In this document: piece by piece, positions 50,001 through 62,068 of the stretch
How positions within the stretch are numbered: position 1 is the first letter of the stretch
Layout: the number at the start of each line of letters is the position of its first letter
NCBI GenBank assembly: GCA_032718475.1
Contig: JAUCBJ010001457.1
Coordinates: 1-64,000, forward strand
Direction: 5' to 3'
Length of the DNA: 64,000 nucleotides
DNA from: Nemertoderma westbladi
Lineage: Eukaryota > Animalia > Xenacoelomorpha
Notes under the pieces: model-generated
Databases searched by the model: none
The model's input: only the letters and a program-made list of their open reading frames with translations
What the model was told of the DNA's origin: nothing
Position numbers and translations under genes: made by a program

Positions 50001-50632
50001 CCCACCCCCAATGTGAATGAGGCCTTACCCTTACTACCGCTAATATTATTGTCACGTCAATTATTTTTTTTTTCAGATAGCAATGTTGTATTATACATCA
50101 TGTATGGCGAACAAACTCTCATTCCTTGAACTCTTTCATCATCTCGGGAAGTTCGTAGAAGATAAAGATATTCGATGGTACTACTGTCTGCGCGCTAAAC
50201 GCGGAATGTCTGACACATCGAAACCAGGTGGGTCGGACTCCTTAAACGATTCAATCCGTAGAACTGTACGTATCTTTAACTTCGTTAACATATTTTATTT
50301 TCGACTTTGTAAAGGTAAACTTTTGCTCCTTAGGCTGCTTTAGCAAAGATCAAGTATACTTGAGAGGCGCTCTGCAAATTCTGAAGAACCGAAAACGGAT
50401 TGATTTTATAGCCTTATACAATATGGGTAAAATATCATACCAGGATGTCGAACGTCTGCGGAAGCATGCGACGCCTCGATCGTGGTCTAAAGTTCCCTCG
50501 TTCATTTTGGATACGGAACAATATCAGAGTTACTTGTCGCATATACTTGCGACCAATCGACTGACAGATTCAGACTTAAAATGTGTCGATGAAACTGATG
50601 TTGGTGAATTTAGTAATGGATTAGTTCTCTGA
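47034..50632 (+). CDS. MATCAP: MATCAP/KIAA0895-family microtubule-associated tyrosine carboxypeptidase; exons 47034-47188, 47524-47806, 49689-49843, 50077-50227, 50334-50632 (5' exon(s) not located)
   Basis: GT-AG introns with compatible phases join WLHGMLRHEIG|THYMRSLNNRWQPW (HExxxH), NPTEEGLAALHS, LLYY-like AMLYY, RWYYCLRAKRGMSDTSKPG|CFSKDQVYLRG, MGKISYQDV. Confidence 0.92.
47905..48100. mobile_element. Intronic foldback element with ~70-bp perfect inverted arms
   Basis: GAATTAAATATATAATGTAGATAGGACAATATGATAATGCTCTCCATAGCGAAAAATATCAACCGGCCCTATTGG and its exact reverse complement. Confidence 0.9.
48149..49095. mobile_element. MITE-like element whose ~42-bp inverted ends enclose a satellite
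   Basis: GTCAACACTTCGAAAAACCATGTCAACACTTCGAAAT on the left and ATTTCGAAGTGTTGACATGGATTTTCGAAGTGTTGAC on the right. Confidence 0.78.
48329..49009. repeat. Highly homogeneous 35-bp tandem repeat, about 19 copies
   Basis: Unit TAATAACTTAGTTTCTTAATAGGGTTCTAGGTTCT with very few variants. Confidence 0.97.
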
Positions 50633-50639
50633 TTACGAA

Positions 50640-53600
50640 ATGGGAGAGCGGGAAATAAATAGGGAGAGGGGGAATAAATAGGGAGAGGGGGAAATAAATA
50701 GGGAGAGGGGGAATAAATAGGGAGAGGGGGGAATAAATAGGGAGAGGGGGAATAAATAGGGAAAGGGGGAATAAATAGGGAGAGGGGGAAATAAAAAGGG
50801 AGAGAGGGAATAAATAGGGAGAGGGGGAAATAAATAGGGAGAGGGGGAAATAAATAGGGAGAGGGGGAAATAAATAGGGAGAGGGGGAAATAAATAGGGA
50901 GAGGGGGAATAAATAGAGAGAGGGGGAAATAAATAGGGAGAGGAGGGAACAAACAGGGAGAGGGGGAATAAATAGGGAGAGGGGAAATAAATAGGGAGAG
51001 GGGGAAATAAATAGGGAGAGGGGGAATAAATAGGGAGAGGGGGGAATAAATAGGGAGAGGGGGAATACATAGGGAGATGGGGGAATAAATAGGGATAGGG
51101 GGAAATAAATAGGGAGAGGGGGAAATAAATAGGGAGAGGGGGGAATAAATAGGGAGAGGGGGAAATAAATAGGGAGAGGGGGAAATAAATAGGGAGAGGG
51201 GGAAATAAATAGGGAGAGGGGGAAATAAATAGGGAGAGGGGGAAATAAATAGGGAGAGGGGGTAATAAATAGGGAGAGGGGGAAATAGATAGGGAGAGGG
51301 GGAATAAATAGGGAGAGGGGGAAATAAATAGGGAGAGGGGGAAATAAATAGGGAGAGGGGGAAATAAATAGGGAGAGGGGGAAATAAATAGGGAGAGGGG
51401 GAAATAAATAGGGAGAGAGGGAATAAATAGGGAGAGGGGGAAATAAATAGGGAGAGGGGGAAATAAATAGGGAGAGGGGGTAATAAATAGGGAGAGGGGG
51501 GAAATAGATAGGGAGAGGGGGAAATAAATAGGGAGAGGGGGAAATAAATAGGGAGAGGGGGAAATAAATAGGGAGAGGGGGGAATAAATAGGGAGAGGGG
51601 GAATAAATAGGGAGAGGGGGAATAGATAGGGAGAGGGGGAATAAACAGGGAGAGGGGGAAATAAATAGGGAGAGGGGGAAATAAATAGGGAGAGGGGGAA
51701 ATAAATAGGGAGAGGGGGAATAAACAGGGAGAGGGGGAATAAATAGGGAGAGGGGGAATAAATAGGGAGAGGGGGAATAAATAGGGAGAGGGGGAAATAA
51801 ATAGGGAGAGGGGGAATAAACAGGGAGAGGGGGAAATAAATAGGGAGAGGGGGAAATAAATAGGGGGAGGGGAAATAAATAGGGAGAGGGGGAATAAATA
51901 GGGAGGGGAATAAAGGGAGAGGGGAATAAATAGGGAGAGGGGGAATAAATAGGGAGAGGGGGAATAAATAGGGAGAGGGGGAATAAATAGGGAGAGGGGG
52001 AATAAATAGGGAGAGGGGGGAATAAATAGGGAGAGGGGGGAATAGATAGGGAGAGGGGAATAATAGGGTGAGGGGGAATAAATAGGGAGAGGGGGAATAA
52101 ATAGGGAGAGGGGGAATAAATAGGGAGAGGGGGAATAAATAGGGAGAGGGGGAAATAAATAGGGAGAGGGGGAATAAATAGGAGAGGGGGAATAGATAGG
52201 AGAGGGGGAATAATAGGGAGGGGAAATAAATAGGGAGAGGGGGAATAAATAGGGAGAGGGGGGAATAAATAGGGAGAGGGGGAATAAATAGGGAGAGGGG
52301 AAATAAATAGGGAGAGGGGGAATAAATAGGGAGAGGGGGAATAAATAGGGAGAGGGGGAATAAATAGGGAGAGGGGGAATAGATAGGGAGAGGGGGGAAT
52401 AAATAGGGAGAGGGGGAAATAAATAGGGAGAGGGGGAAATAAATAGGGAGAGGGGGAAATAAATAGGGAGAGGGGGAATAAATAGGGAGAGGGGGAAATA
52501 GATAGGGAGAGGGGGAAATAGATAGGGAGAGGGGGAATAAATAGAGAGGGGGGGAAATAAATAGGGAGAGGGGGAATAAATAGGGAGAGGGGGAATAAAT
52601 AGGGAGAGGGGGAAATAGATAGGGAGAGGGGGAAATAAATAGGGAGATGGGGGAAATAAATAGGGAGAGGGGGAAATAAATAGAGAGAGGGGGAATAAAT
52701 AGGGAGAGGGGGGAATAAATAGGGAGAGGGGGAAATAAATAGGGAGAGGGGGAAATAAACAGGGAGAGGGGGGAATAAATAGGGAGAGGGGGAAATAAAT
52801 AGGGAGAGGGGGAATAAATAGGGAGAGGGGGAATAAATAGGGAGAGGGGGGAATAAATAGGGAGAGGGGGAAATAAATAGGGAGAGGGGGAATAAATAGG
52901 GAGAGGGGGAATAAACAGGGAGAGGGGGAATAAATAGGGAGAGGGGGAAATAGATAGGGAGAGGGGGAATAAATAGGGAGTAGGAGGGAAATAAATAGGG
53001 AGAGGGGGGAAATAAATAGGGAGAGGGGGAATAAATAGGGAGAGGGGGGAAATAAATAGGGAGAGGGGGAAATAAATAGGAGAGGAGGGGGAATAAATAG
53101 GGAGAGGGGGAATAAATAGGGAGATGGGGAAATAAATAGGGAAAGGGGGAATAAATAGGGAGAGGGGGAAATAAATAGGGAGAGGGGGAAATAAATAGGG
53201 AGAGGGGGGAAATAAATAGGGAGAGGGGGAAATAAATAGGGAGAGGGGGGAATAAATAGGGAGAGGGGGAATAAATAGGGAGAGGGGGAAATAAATAGGG
53301 AGAGGGGGAAATAAATAGGGAGAGGGGGAATAAATAGGGAGAGGGGGAATAAATAGGGAGAGGGGGGAAATAGATAGGGAGAGGGGAATAAATAGGGAGA
53401 GGGGGAAATAAATAGGGAGAGGGGGAATAAATAGGGAGAGGGGGAATAAATAGGGAGAGGGGGGAATAAATAGGGAGAGGGGAAATAAATAGGGAAAGGG
53501 GGAAATAAATAGGGAGAGGGGGAATAAATAGGGAGAGGGGGAATAAATAGGGAGAGGGGGAATAAATAGGGAGAGGGGGAAATAAATAGGGAGAGGGGGA

Positions 53601-56600
53601 ATAAATAGGGAGAGGGGGGAATAAATAGGGAGAGGGGGAAATAAATAGGGAGAGGGGGAATAAATAGGGAGAGGGGAATAAATAGGGAGAGGGGGAATAA
53701 ATAGGGAGAGGGGGAAATAAATAGGGAGAGGGGGGAATAAATAGGGAGAGGGGGAATAAATAGGGAGAGGGGGGAAATAGATAGGGAGAGGGGGAATAAA
53801 TAGGGAGAGGGGGAAATAAATAGGGAGAGGGGGAATAAACAGGGAGAGGGGGAATAAATAGGGAGAGGGGGAATAAATAGGGAGAGGGGGGAATAAATAG
53901 GGAGAGGGGGAATAAATAGGGAGAGGGGGAAATAAATAGGGAGAGGGGGAAATAAATAGGGAGAGGGGGAAATAAATAGGGAGAGGGGGAATAAACAGGG
54001 AGAGGGTGAAATAAATAGGGAGAGGGGGAAATAAATAGGGAGAGGGGGAAATAAATAGGGAGAGGGGGAATAAACAGGGAGAGGGGGAATAAATAGGGAG
54101 AGGGGGAATAAATAGGGAGAGGGGGGAATAAATAGGGAGAGGGGGAATAAATAGGGAGAGGGGGAAATAAATAGGGAGAGGGGAAATAAATAGGGAGAGG
54201 GGGAAATAAATAGGGAGAGGGGGAATAAACAGGGAGAGGGGGAAATAAATAGGGAGAGGGGGAAATAAATAGGGAGAGGGGGAAATAAATAGGGAGAGGG
54301 GGAATAAACAGGGAGAGGGGGAATAAATAGGGAGAGGGGGAAATAAATAGGGAGAGGGGAATAAACAGGGAGAGGGGGAATAAATAGGGAGAGGGGGAAT
54401 AAATAGGGAGAGGGGGAAATAAATAGGGAGAGGGGGAAATAAATAGGGAAAGGGGGGAATAAATAGGGAGAGGGGGAATAAATAGGGAGAGGGGGAATAA
54501 ACAGGGAGAGGGGGAATAAATAGGGAGAGGGGGAAATAAATAGGGGGAGGGGGAAATAGATAGGGAGAGGGGAATAAAAGGGAGAGGGGGAATAAATAGG
54601 GAGAGGGGGAATAAATAGGGAGAGGGGGAAATAAATAGGGAGAGGGGGAAATAAATAGGGAGAGGGGAATAAACAGGGAGAGGGGGAATAAATAGGGAGA
54701 GGGGGAATAAATAGAGAGAGAGGGGAAATAAATAGGGAGAGGGGGAAATAAATAGGGAGTGGGGGAATAAATAGGGAGAGGGGAAATAAATAGGGAGAGG
54801 GGAATAAATAGGGAGAGGGGGAATAAATAGGGAGAGGGGGAAATAAATAGGGAGAGGGGGAATAAATAGGGATAGGGGGAAATAAATAGGGAGAGGGGGA
54901 AATAAATAGGGAGAGGGGAAATAAATAGGGAGAGGGGGAATAAACAGGGAGAGGGGGAAATAAATAGGGAGAAGGGGGAAATAAATAGGGAGAGGGGGAA
55001 TAAACAGGGAGAGGGGGAATAAATAGGGAGAGGGGGAATAAACAGGGAGAGGGGGAATAAATAGAGAGAGGGGGAAATAGATAGGGAGAGGGGGAATAAA
55101 TAGGGAGAGGGGGAATAAATAGAGAGAGGGGGAATAAATAGGGATAGGGGGAAATAAATAGGGAGAGGGGGGAATAAATAGGGATAGGGGGAATAAATAG
55201 AGAGAGAGGGGGAAATAAATAGGGAAAGGGGGAAATAAATAGGGAGAGGGGGAATAAATAGGGAGAGGGGGAAATAGATAGGGAGAGGGGGGAATAAATA
55301 GGGAGAGGGGGAATAAACAGGGAGAGGGGGAATAAATAGGGAGAGGGGGAATAAACAGGGAGAGGGGGAATAAATAGAGAGAGGGGGAAATAGATAGGGA
55401 GAGGGGGAATAAATAGGGAGAGGGGGAATAAATAGAGAGAGGGGGAATAAATAGGGAGAGGAGGGAATAAATAGGGAGAGGGGGAATAAATAGGGAGAGG
55501 GGGAAATAAATAGGGAGAGGGGGAATAAATAGAGAGAGTGGGGGAAATAAATAGGGGGAGGGGAAATAAATAGAGAGAGGGGGAAATAAAAAGGGAGAGG
55601 GGGGAAATAGATAGGGAGAGGGGGGATAAATAGAGAGAGTGGGGGAAATAAATAGGGAAAGGGGGAATAAATAGAGAGAGAGGGGAAATAAATAGGGAGA
55701 GGGGGAATAAATAGGGAAAGGGGGAATAAATAGAGAGAGAGGGGAAATAAATAGGGAGAGGGGGAATAAATAGGGAAAGGGGGAAATAAATAGGGAAAGG
55801 GGGAAATAAACAGGGAGAGGGGGAATAAATAGAGAGAGTGGGGGAAATAAATAGGGGGAGGGGAAATAAATAGAGAGAGGGGGAAATAAAAAGGGAGAGG
55901 GGGGAAATAGATAGGGAGAGGGGGGATAAATAGAGAGAGTGGGGGAAATAAATAGGGAAAGGGGGAAATAAACAGGGAGAGGGGGAATAAATAGAGAGAG
56001 TGGGGGAAATAAATAGGGGGAGGGGAAATAAATAGAGAGAGGGGGAAATAAAAAGGGAGAGGGGGGAAATAGATAGGGAGAGGGGGGATAAATAGAGAGA
56101 GTGGGGGAAATAAATAGGGAAAGGGGGAATAAATAGAGAGAGAGGGGAAATAAATAGGGAGAGGGGGAATAAATAGGGAAAGGGGGAATAAATAGAGAGA
56201 GAGGGGAAATAAATAGGGAGAGGGGTAATAAATAGGGAAAGGGGGAATAAATAGAGAGAGAGGGGAAATAAATAGGGAGAGGGGGAATAAATAGAGAGAG
56301 TGGGGGAAATAAATAGGGAAAGGGGGAATAAATAGAGAGAGGGGGGAAATAAATAGGGAGAGGGGGGATAAATAGGGAAAGGGGGAAATAAATAGGGAGA
56401 GGGGGAATAAATAGGGAGAGGGGGGAATAAATAGGGAGAGGGGGAATAAATAGGGAGAGGGGGAAATAAATAGGGAGAGGGGGGAAATAAATAGGGAGAG
56501 GGGGAATAAATAGGGAGAGGGGGAATAAATAGGGAGAGGGGGGAATAAATAGGGAGAGGGGAAATAAATAGGGAGAGGGGAAATAAATAGGGAGAGGGGG

Positions 56601-56687
56601 AAATAAATAGGGAAAGGGGGAAATAAATAGGGAGAGGGGGAATAAATAGAGAGAGGGGGAAATAAATAGGGAAAGGGGGAAATAAAT
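50640..56687. repeat. 6-kb purine-rich minisatellite, 18-20-bp unit GGGAGAGGGGG(A)AATAAATA
   Basis: About 300 units directly visible; almost no C on the + strand. Confidence 0.98.
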
Positions 56688-57846
56688 TATGAAATTATAT
56701 CCTCCATTTTAGTTAGAATATATTTTATTATGTCGTGCAATTTTTAAATGTCATCAATTATCAATACATGTTAGGGACAAATCATTAATTATTTCATTTA
56801 ATTCTTCTTTCGCGAAATTAATTAGTTGTTATGGCAACCGATGCTATTTTGAATTAATATTCAATATTTTTACTCAATATATTTCGTCCTCCAGGTTATT
56901 TTCGCTATGTTTTTATTATCAACCTTTCGTCGTTCACTGTTCACTGACGCAAATACCATCTCTGCTAATTATATCGTCACGGCGAGCTAACAATGTTAAA
57001 TAACCGTAGGAAAAGGAACATGTTAGTTGACGCGTTATTCTAACCAAAACAAAATAAACGAAAGTCCACCAAACAAGAAGTCCAACAAGTTCACCGTTTT
57101 ATTTGTAATGGTTATCATAATTTGCATCGATTTTTCCCTCGAGATGGATAAATTTAATTTCACCCAGAGTAACCCCTACATCATCTCGCCCATTTTCTCC
57201 ATTACTTACAACGTTTCTGTGACAATGCCAACTGGCACAAGAAAATTGTGCTAACTGAAAAATTAATCATTTTGCTAGTGCGACCCCTTTCTCCATTTTT
57301 TGCACGATGTTATGTTAAGGTCCAATCAAAAAGTAGCTCATTAACCAATCATTAGCGCCAATGCAATTGGTGTTCCTAATAAGTGTAAGTAAGGATTGGG
57401 AATGTGCCTCCTGTTAATTCTCGATTGTGATTGGTTTAACACTTAACTAAACGAATAGCTTCCATTGGTCATTCATTGAAGTTGCACTATTTCGCACATT
57501 GCTAAGTACAGGTACATAAAGTATTTCAAGAAGAAATAATTAATTAGAGTGGCGGATCACGTTGGAAATAGTAAAAAGTTAATTGTAGAAATTAATTTCG
57601 AAATTAAATAAATATTAATTTCCACAAATACTGAATTCAGGTCACACCAAAGACAACGCACATTCAGGTGAGGAAATGTTAATATTACAATGTTATTGCT
57701 AATGATTTTATATACACATTTCTGATAACGGGTGAATATTTTATTTATTAAAATTAATTCGGTAAATACATTTACTTTCACCTTTCCCTGTATGTAAAAT
57801 ATAGATGATTAAAATAAATAAATAAGTAAATAAATTGTAATAATAA

Positions 57847-59082
57847 TGTTCGCGCTTTTGAAGACCTTTAGCAGTTTAACCTGCCAAAATTTATATGTCT
57901 TTTAGTTAATTAACACACCTTTAGCATACGACAATATTTTATGCTAATAAACAAAACATTAGCCGAAGCCAGCCCATGCGCGATCATTCACCCGATGGAT
58001 CTACACCCGGGAGGCTGAATTCGGATGCTTAGATTTTATTATTGCAGTGTAAGGTTGCAGTGTAAACCTATTGTATTATTCGATAGATCACTAATATGTA
58101 ATTTCTGACAGATATTATTAACTTTCGGGAAATATTAACAGTTCCTTTAGGACGTGGCGCTCTATCTATTTAAACAGAGCTAGGACTTATACTAAACGCA
58201 ACGATAAGGCTTATGATTAAAGTATAAGTCGCATTCTTTAGGAAATGCTTTGTTACCAGTCACATCACACTCACAATCATGCACACTATTCTGCCGACCG
58301 TCAGTATATTTGATCACACATAAAGAGAGCAGCAATTGACTCACGTAGGGTCTGCTAAATAACATTGGATTCAATACACACCACATTAATATAAATCGCA
58401 ATTGTTATGTATAGCCGGTCTCTCTAACCTGTAGTGTATCAAGAAAATTGGGAATTTGGGTGATTTATCCGTATTATCCAAAGAGCAATATTTCCATCAA
58501 CAAATAGGTACAATTAATAACTGACGGTAAATAGCAGTACAAACAATATGATTAGTGCAGTTAAATTAAGTGAGGTAACACCGCCGCCGGTAACAGTTAT
58601 ACTTTCTATAATCTAAGCAGTTTACTAGAGTTCTTACCAAAAAGCCGGTGTTTCTGGCTTAGACAGCAATAACAACAAAGTATCAAGTAAAAGCAGTAAG
58701 ACTGAACACTCTCCTTATGATCGACCGAAAAGCTACACGTCGACAGGAAAAATCGCTCTGATTGGCCCAAGCCAAACAAAGAACCATGCATCCAATGGCT
58801 GTTTCCATGTCAGCAACCAGCTGTTAGATGTCGTAATATGAATCATCACGGCTAAGCTGTGAAAGGTAGTTGGTGCATTACAGGTTTTTTGCCTTACCAT
58901 GTCCGCCAAAACACGTATATAGCAGAATGACTTTTATGTCCGTTAAAACACCTGTAACGGTACCTTGCGGGCGAGGGGAATATATATACAGTTAGAGAAC
59001 CTTTTTAGAGTATTCCAGCGCCTGGGGGGAAACTGGATTGCGAAGCAAAAGGGGCCAGTTATATCCCACAGAAGCTTTTACA
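57847..59082 (-). mobile_element. Putative 3' LTR of the BEL/Pao element
   Basis: On the - strand a purine-rich GGGAGCGG is followed by TGTAAAAG (59082); candidate end ...GCGCGAACA at 57847; AATAAA near 58035. The 5' LTR is outside the window, so boundaries are unverified. Confidence 0.4.
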
Positions 59083-59160
59083 CCGCTCCCAGAAAATGGG
59101 ATTTACGTCTATAAAATATACAAAATCACAGTTTCTAAAATATAAAAATACTCTAAACAG

Positions 59161-60450
59161 TTAGTCTTTCTTGCGCGGACGGCGTTTACGCAGTTTTTTA
59201 AAGCTAGCAAGAGTCTTTTTCTCTTTGGGGCGAGCCACTTTACGAGGAGGGCTATAACTCCTGGGTGAAGGGTGCAATATGATTGCATCAGAAGGTATGG
59301 GATTGCGATCGGTATATCCGCCGGTCGAAGTACCGGGTTGATTGACATCAACGTCCGGGGAGAGGGGTCTAACGGCTTTGAGAGCTCGTTTCAAGACAGC
59401 CGCTCTTACGGGTCCTGTACGAGTGGTCTGCACGAGGGCCGTGGGTGGACCATAAGTAGTTGAGAAACTTCCTTGGTTTAATGGTTCTTTCCAACTCGCG
59501 TTCGCGGGCTCGGTACTCGTAAGGCCGTCGATATACTTCCTGTAACTCGATATGCGTGATTTCTGTTCGACAGAAGCGAATAGATAAGGATGGAACGCAT
59601 AAATTCCTTCGTAAGCGCGTCCAGGATAATAGCGATGGCGCGAATCACGATGTAAATCAGCGTTCGCTTCCCAAGCTCTAATGTAACGTAGTATGATCAT
59701 TTCATCTACGCTTTCCAAATCGCGATTAAAAGGGCAATCGAAACTGGCGTGTCCCTTTAGTGGACAGTGGTGACATTGAGTCATAAATTGAGGGCAAACC
59801 GCAAAAATATGCAAATTATTAAATCTGCAATACGCTCAATAAATTTCCATCGCCGGTTGTTCGTGGAAATAGGAACAGCGGACGTTTGTGTCCATGGGCG
59901 TAACATGGTCTCTCGATGCGCATAACCGACAACGTTGCCGAGAAACATAGTTGGCATGGCGATAATCGTACGCAGTGAGACACTGTGGACCTTGATACCA
60001 TTCTAGGATGTAATCGTTGTCGCTGTTCCGGGCGCGATAGGCTGAATCTCCTCAGATTCTAGTCCTATTGGTTCGTCTTCCCAGTCTGTTACGAATAGAA
60101 TTTTCGTGATCTATTCTCGGTTTATCGTTCCGCCTCCGCTGGGTATGATATTTAAATAGAACCATTTCCCTTTCGGTGTCTACATCGTCCGTATCATGTA
60201 AATCGATAGGATGGCCGGTAGTTAAGAAGTCCATATACGTACCATTACGATGCGTATAGCGAGCGGTTAATTTTCGATAGTCCAATTCACGCGTAAGTTG
60301 CTCTTGGGACATCGGTGGTTCGATATAACGACCATCGTCCTCCGTAATAGTCGGATCGGCTTCACCGCGTATCAAGCTATCCACAAACGCTTGTAAAGGT
60401 AGAGTATATCGCTCTCTAATACCAAGGTCATCTTCTATTAATTCCGTCAT
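59161..60450 (-). pseudogene. ~430-codon ORF with three zinc-knuckle-like motifs, interrupted by two in-frame TGA codons
   Basis: ORFs 60052-60450 and 59161-59814 share one frame; the linker reads *GDSAYRARNSDNDYILEWYQGPQCLTAYDYRHANYVSRQRCRLCASRDHVTPMDTNVRCSYFHEQPAMEIY*AYCRFNNLHIFAVC...CHHCPLKGHASFDC; basic C-terminus. Confidence 0.75.
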
Positions 60451-61254
60451 ATCTGCTATCTGAGTTTATTAATATTAGTATGAGTCAATATTTAGGCAAG
60501 CGGGCGTCGCTGCCTACTAGTCTTTGACCCCGGACAGTGGGTTTCTCAGCGCCGATGTACCGCTGTCGCGGTGTTTGCGCCAACATGTAGCAACAGCACG
60601 ACAACGATAATCGACACAAGTCCCACCACTGTCCGTCCCAAAGGCTTGAATCCACTTGAGGTTATCTCGGTAGAGTTAGGCTACTTTACAATTGCGATTA
60701 GCTACTGTAAACACACTTTAGTAGTATCATTCACCTATAAATGCACAAATTCCATACAATCATTACTTATTGCACACATGCATGCCATTTGTCCGTTAGT
60801 CAGTGTCTTCCAGAATGTCACGTTATTACTATGTATCCTTGGATACTAATAGTGCGCTATGTATACTCTTATGCTATGCAATGGGGCAAGCTTTTATTGG
60901 TCCTTTAACTTGTTTCTAATTCTAGCGTGGGTGTTGCCATGGTGACATTATGGAAAACTAGCGGTAGAATTAGGGTAATTCTCATGCATACAGATCTGGG
61001 ATGTTATTTAATAGTAATTCTTTAATTGTCAATATCCTCTTTATGCATGATTTTATAAATTTTATCGGCTATTGACTATATGTTGGAGATTCTCGCACTC
61101 TAATACACTCAATATGAATCTCCGCTCCCATGATCTATTAATTACTGGAATTTTGGGAATGTTATAAATTGCACAAAATGACAATTTATGAAATTCATTT
61201 GAATATGAATTTAAATTTATTCCCGTGAATTTTATTATTTGATGTTAAATTGAT

Positions 61255-61550
61255 ACAAATTTTATTCCAGAGCATATCTGGGGACTTAGGATCCTTAATT
61301 CTATAAAATAGTCCTTCTAAGAATATCGGTAAATACTGCGATATCTTAATTGACTAGAAATTTTAAAGGATCGAGATTTTACAGATTTTAATAAATATTA
61401 AATTAATATTTAGGATGGGCACCGATTTATTCCAGAACTTGTCTGGGGACGTTAACCACTGATTCTAGAATTTGTCTTTCAAGTATATCGGTGGGTGCCA
61501 CGATATCTTAATCGACTAGAATTACAGATGGTCAAAAGTTTAACAGATTT
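61255..61550. repeat. Diverged ~130-bp direct repeat pair (spacing about 165 bp) in the retroelement internal region
   Basis: TTTATTCCAGA..TCTGGGGAC...ATATCGGT...CGATATCTTAAT.GACTAGAA...ACAGATTT occurs twice. Confidence 0.7.
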
Positions 61551-62068
61551 ATTTGCGATTTACGCTACTGTTAGAGGGACATCACGCTACTATATGTATT
61601 ATTTGTTATAAGGTAGAAGAGCAATATCGCACGAAGCAATGTCAGTGTGAAGAGGCAAGTCGTTTCCAAGGTCTACCCAGAGCTTGGTTTAGCCGAGACA
61701 CGAGGATCTGAACTTTGCATTCCTAATACTCTGCCTACCAATAATACTTAAATATAGTAGTGGCTTTATTGTACTTTAATAAGTACGGACATGTCATCTT
61801 ACTATAGTCTCGCATTTATAATATAATACGGACAGTAAGGAAAGAGAAAATAATTACTTCTTGCCGTCGCACTAAATATATATTATAAGTAATTATGTAC
61901 GTAATAAACACTAATATATTGCACTAATCTACTAAATATTCTAAAATAACATTCTACTAAATAAAATTAAAGAAAACGATTATAATAAAATTACGTAATA
62001 ATACATACATAAATATAAAATAAAAACAAATATAAAATGATATAGTCACACACCCACTCCATATGTTA

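Noticed and set aside
57100-57255. Possible terminal exon on the - strand (LAQFSCASWHCHRN...YK*)
   Set aside because: Short, unrecognised, and no supporting upstream exons.
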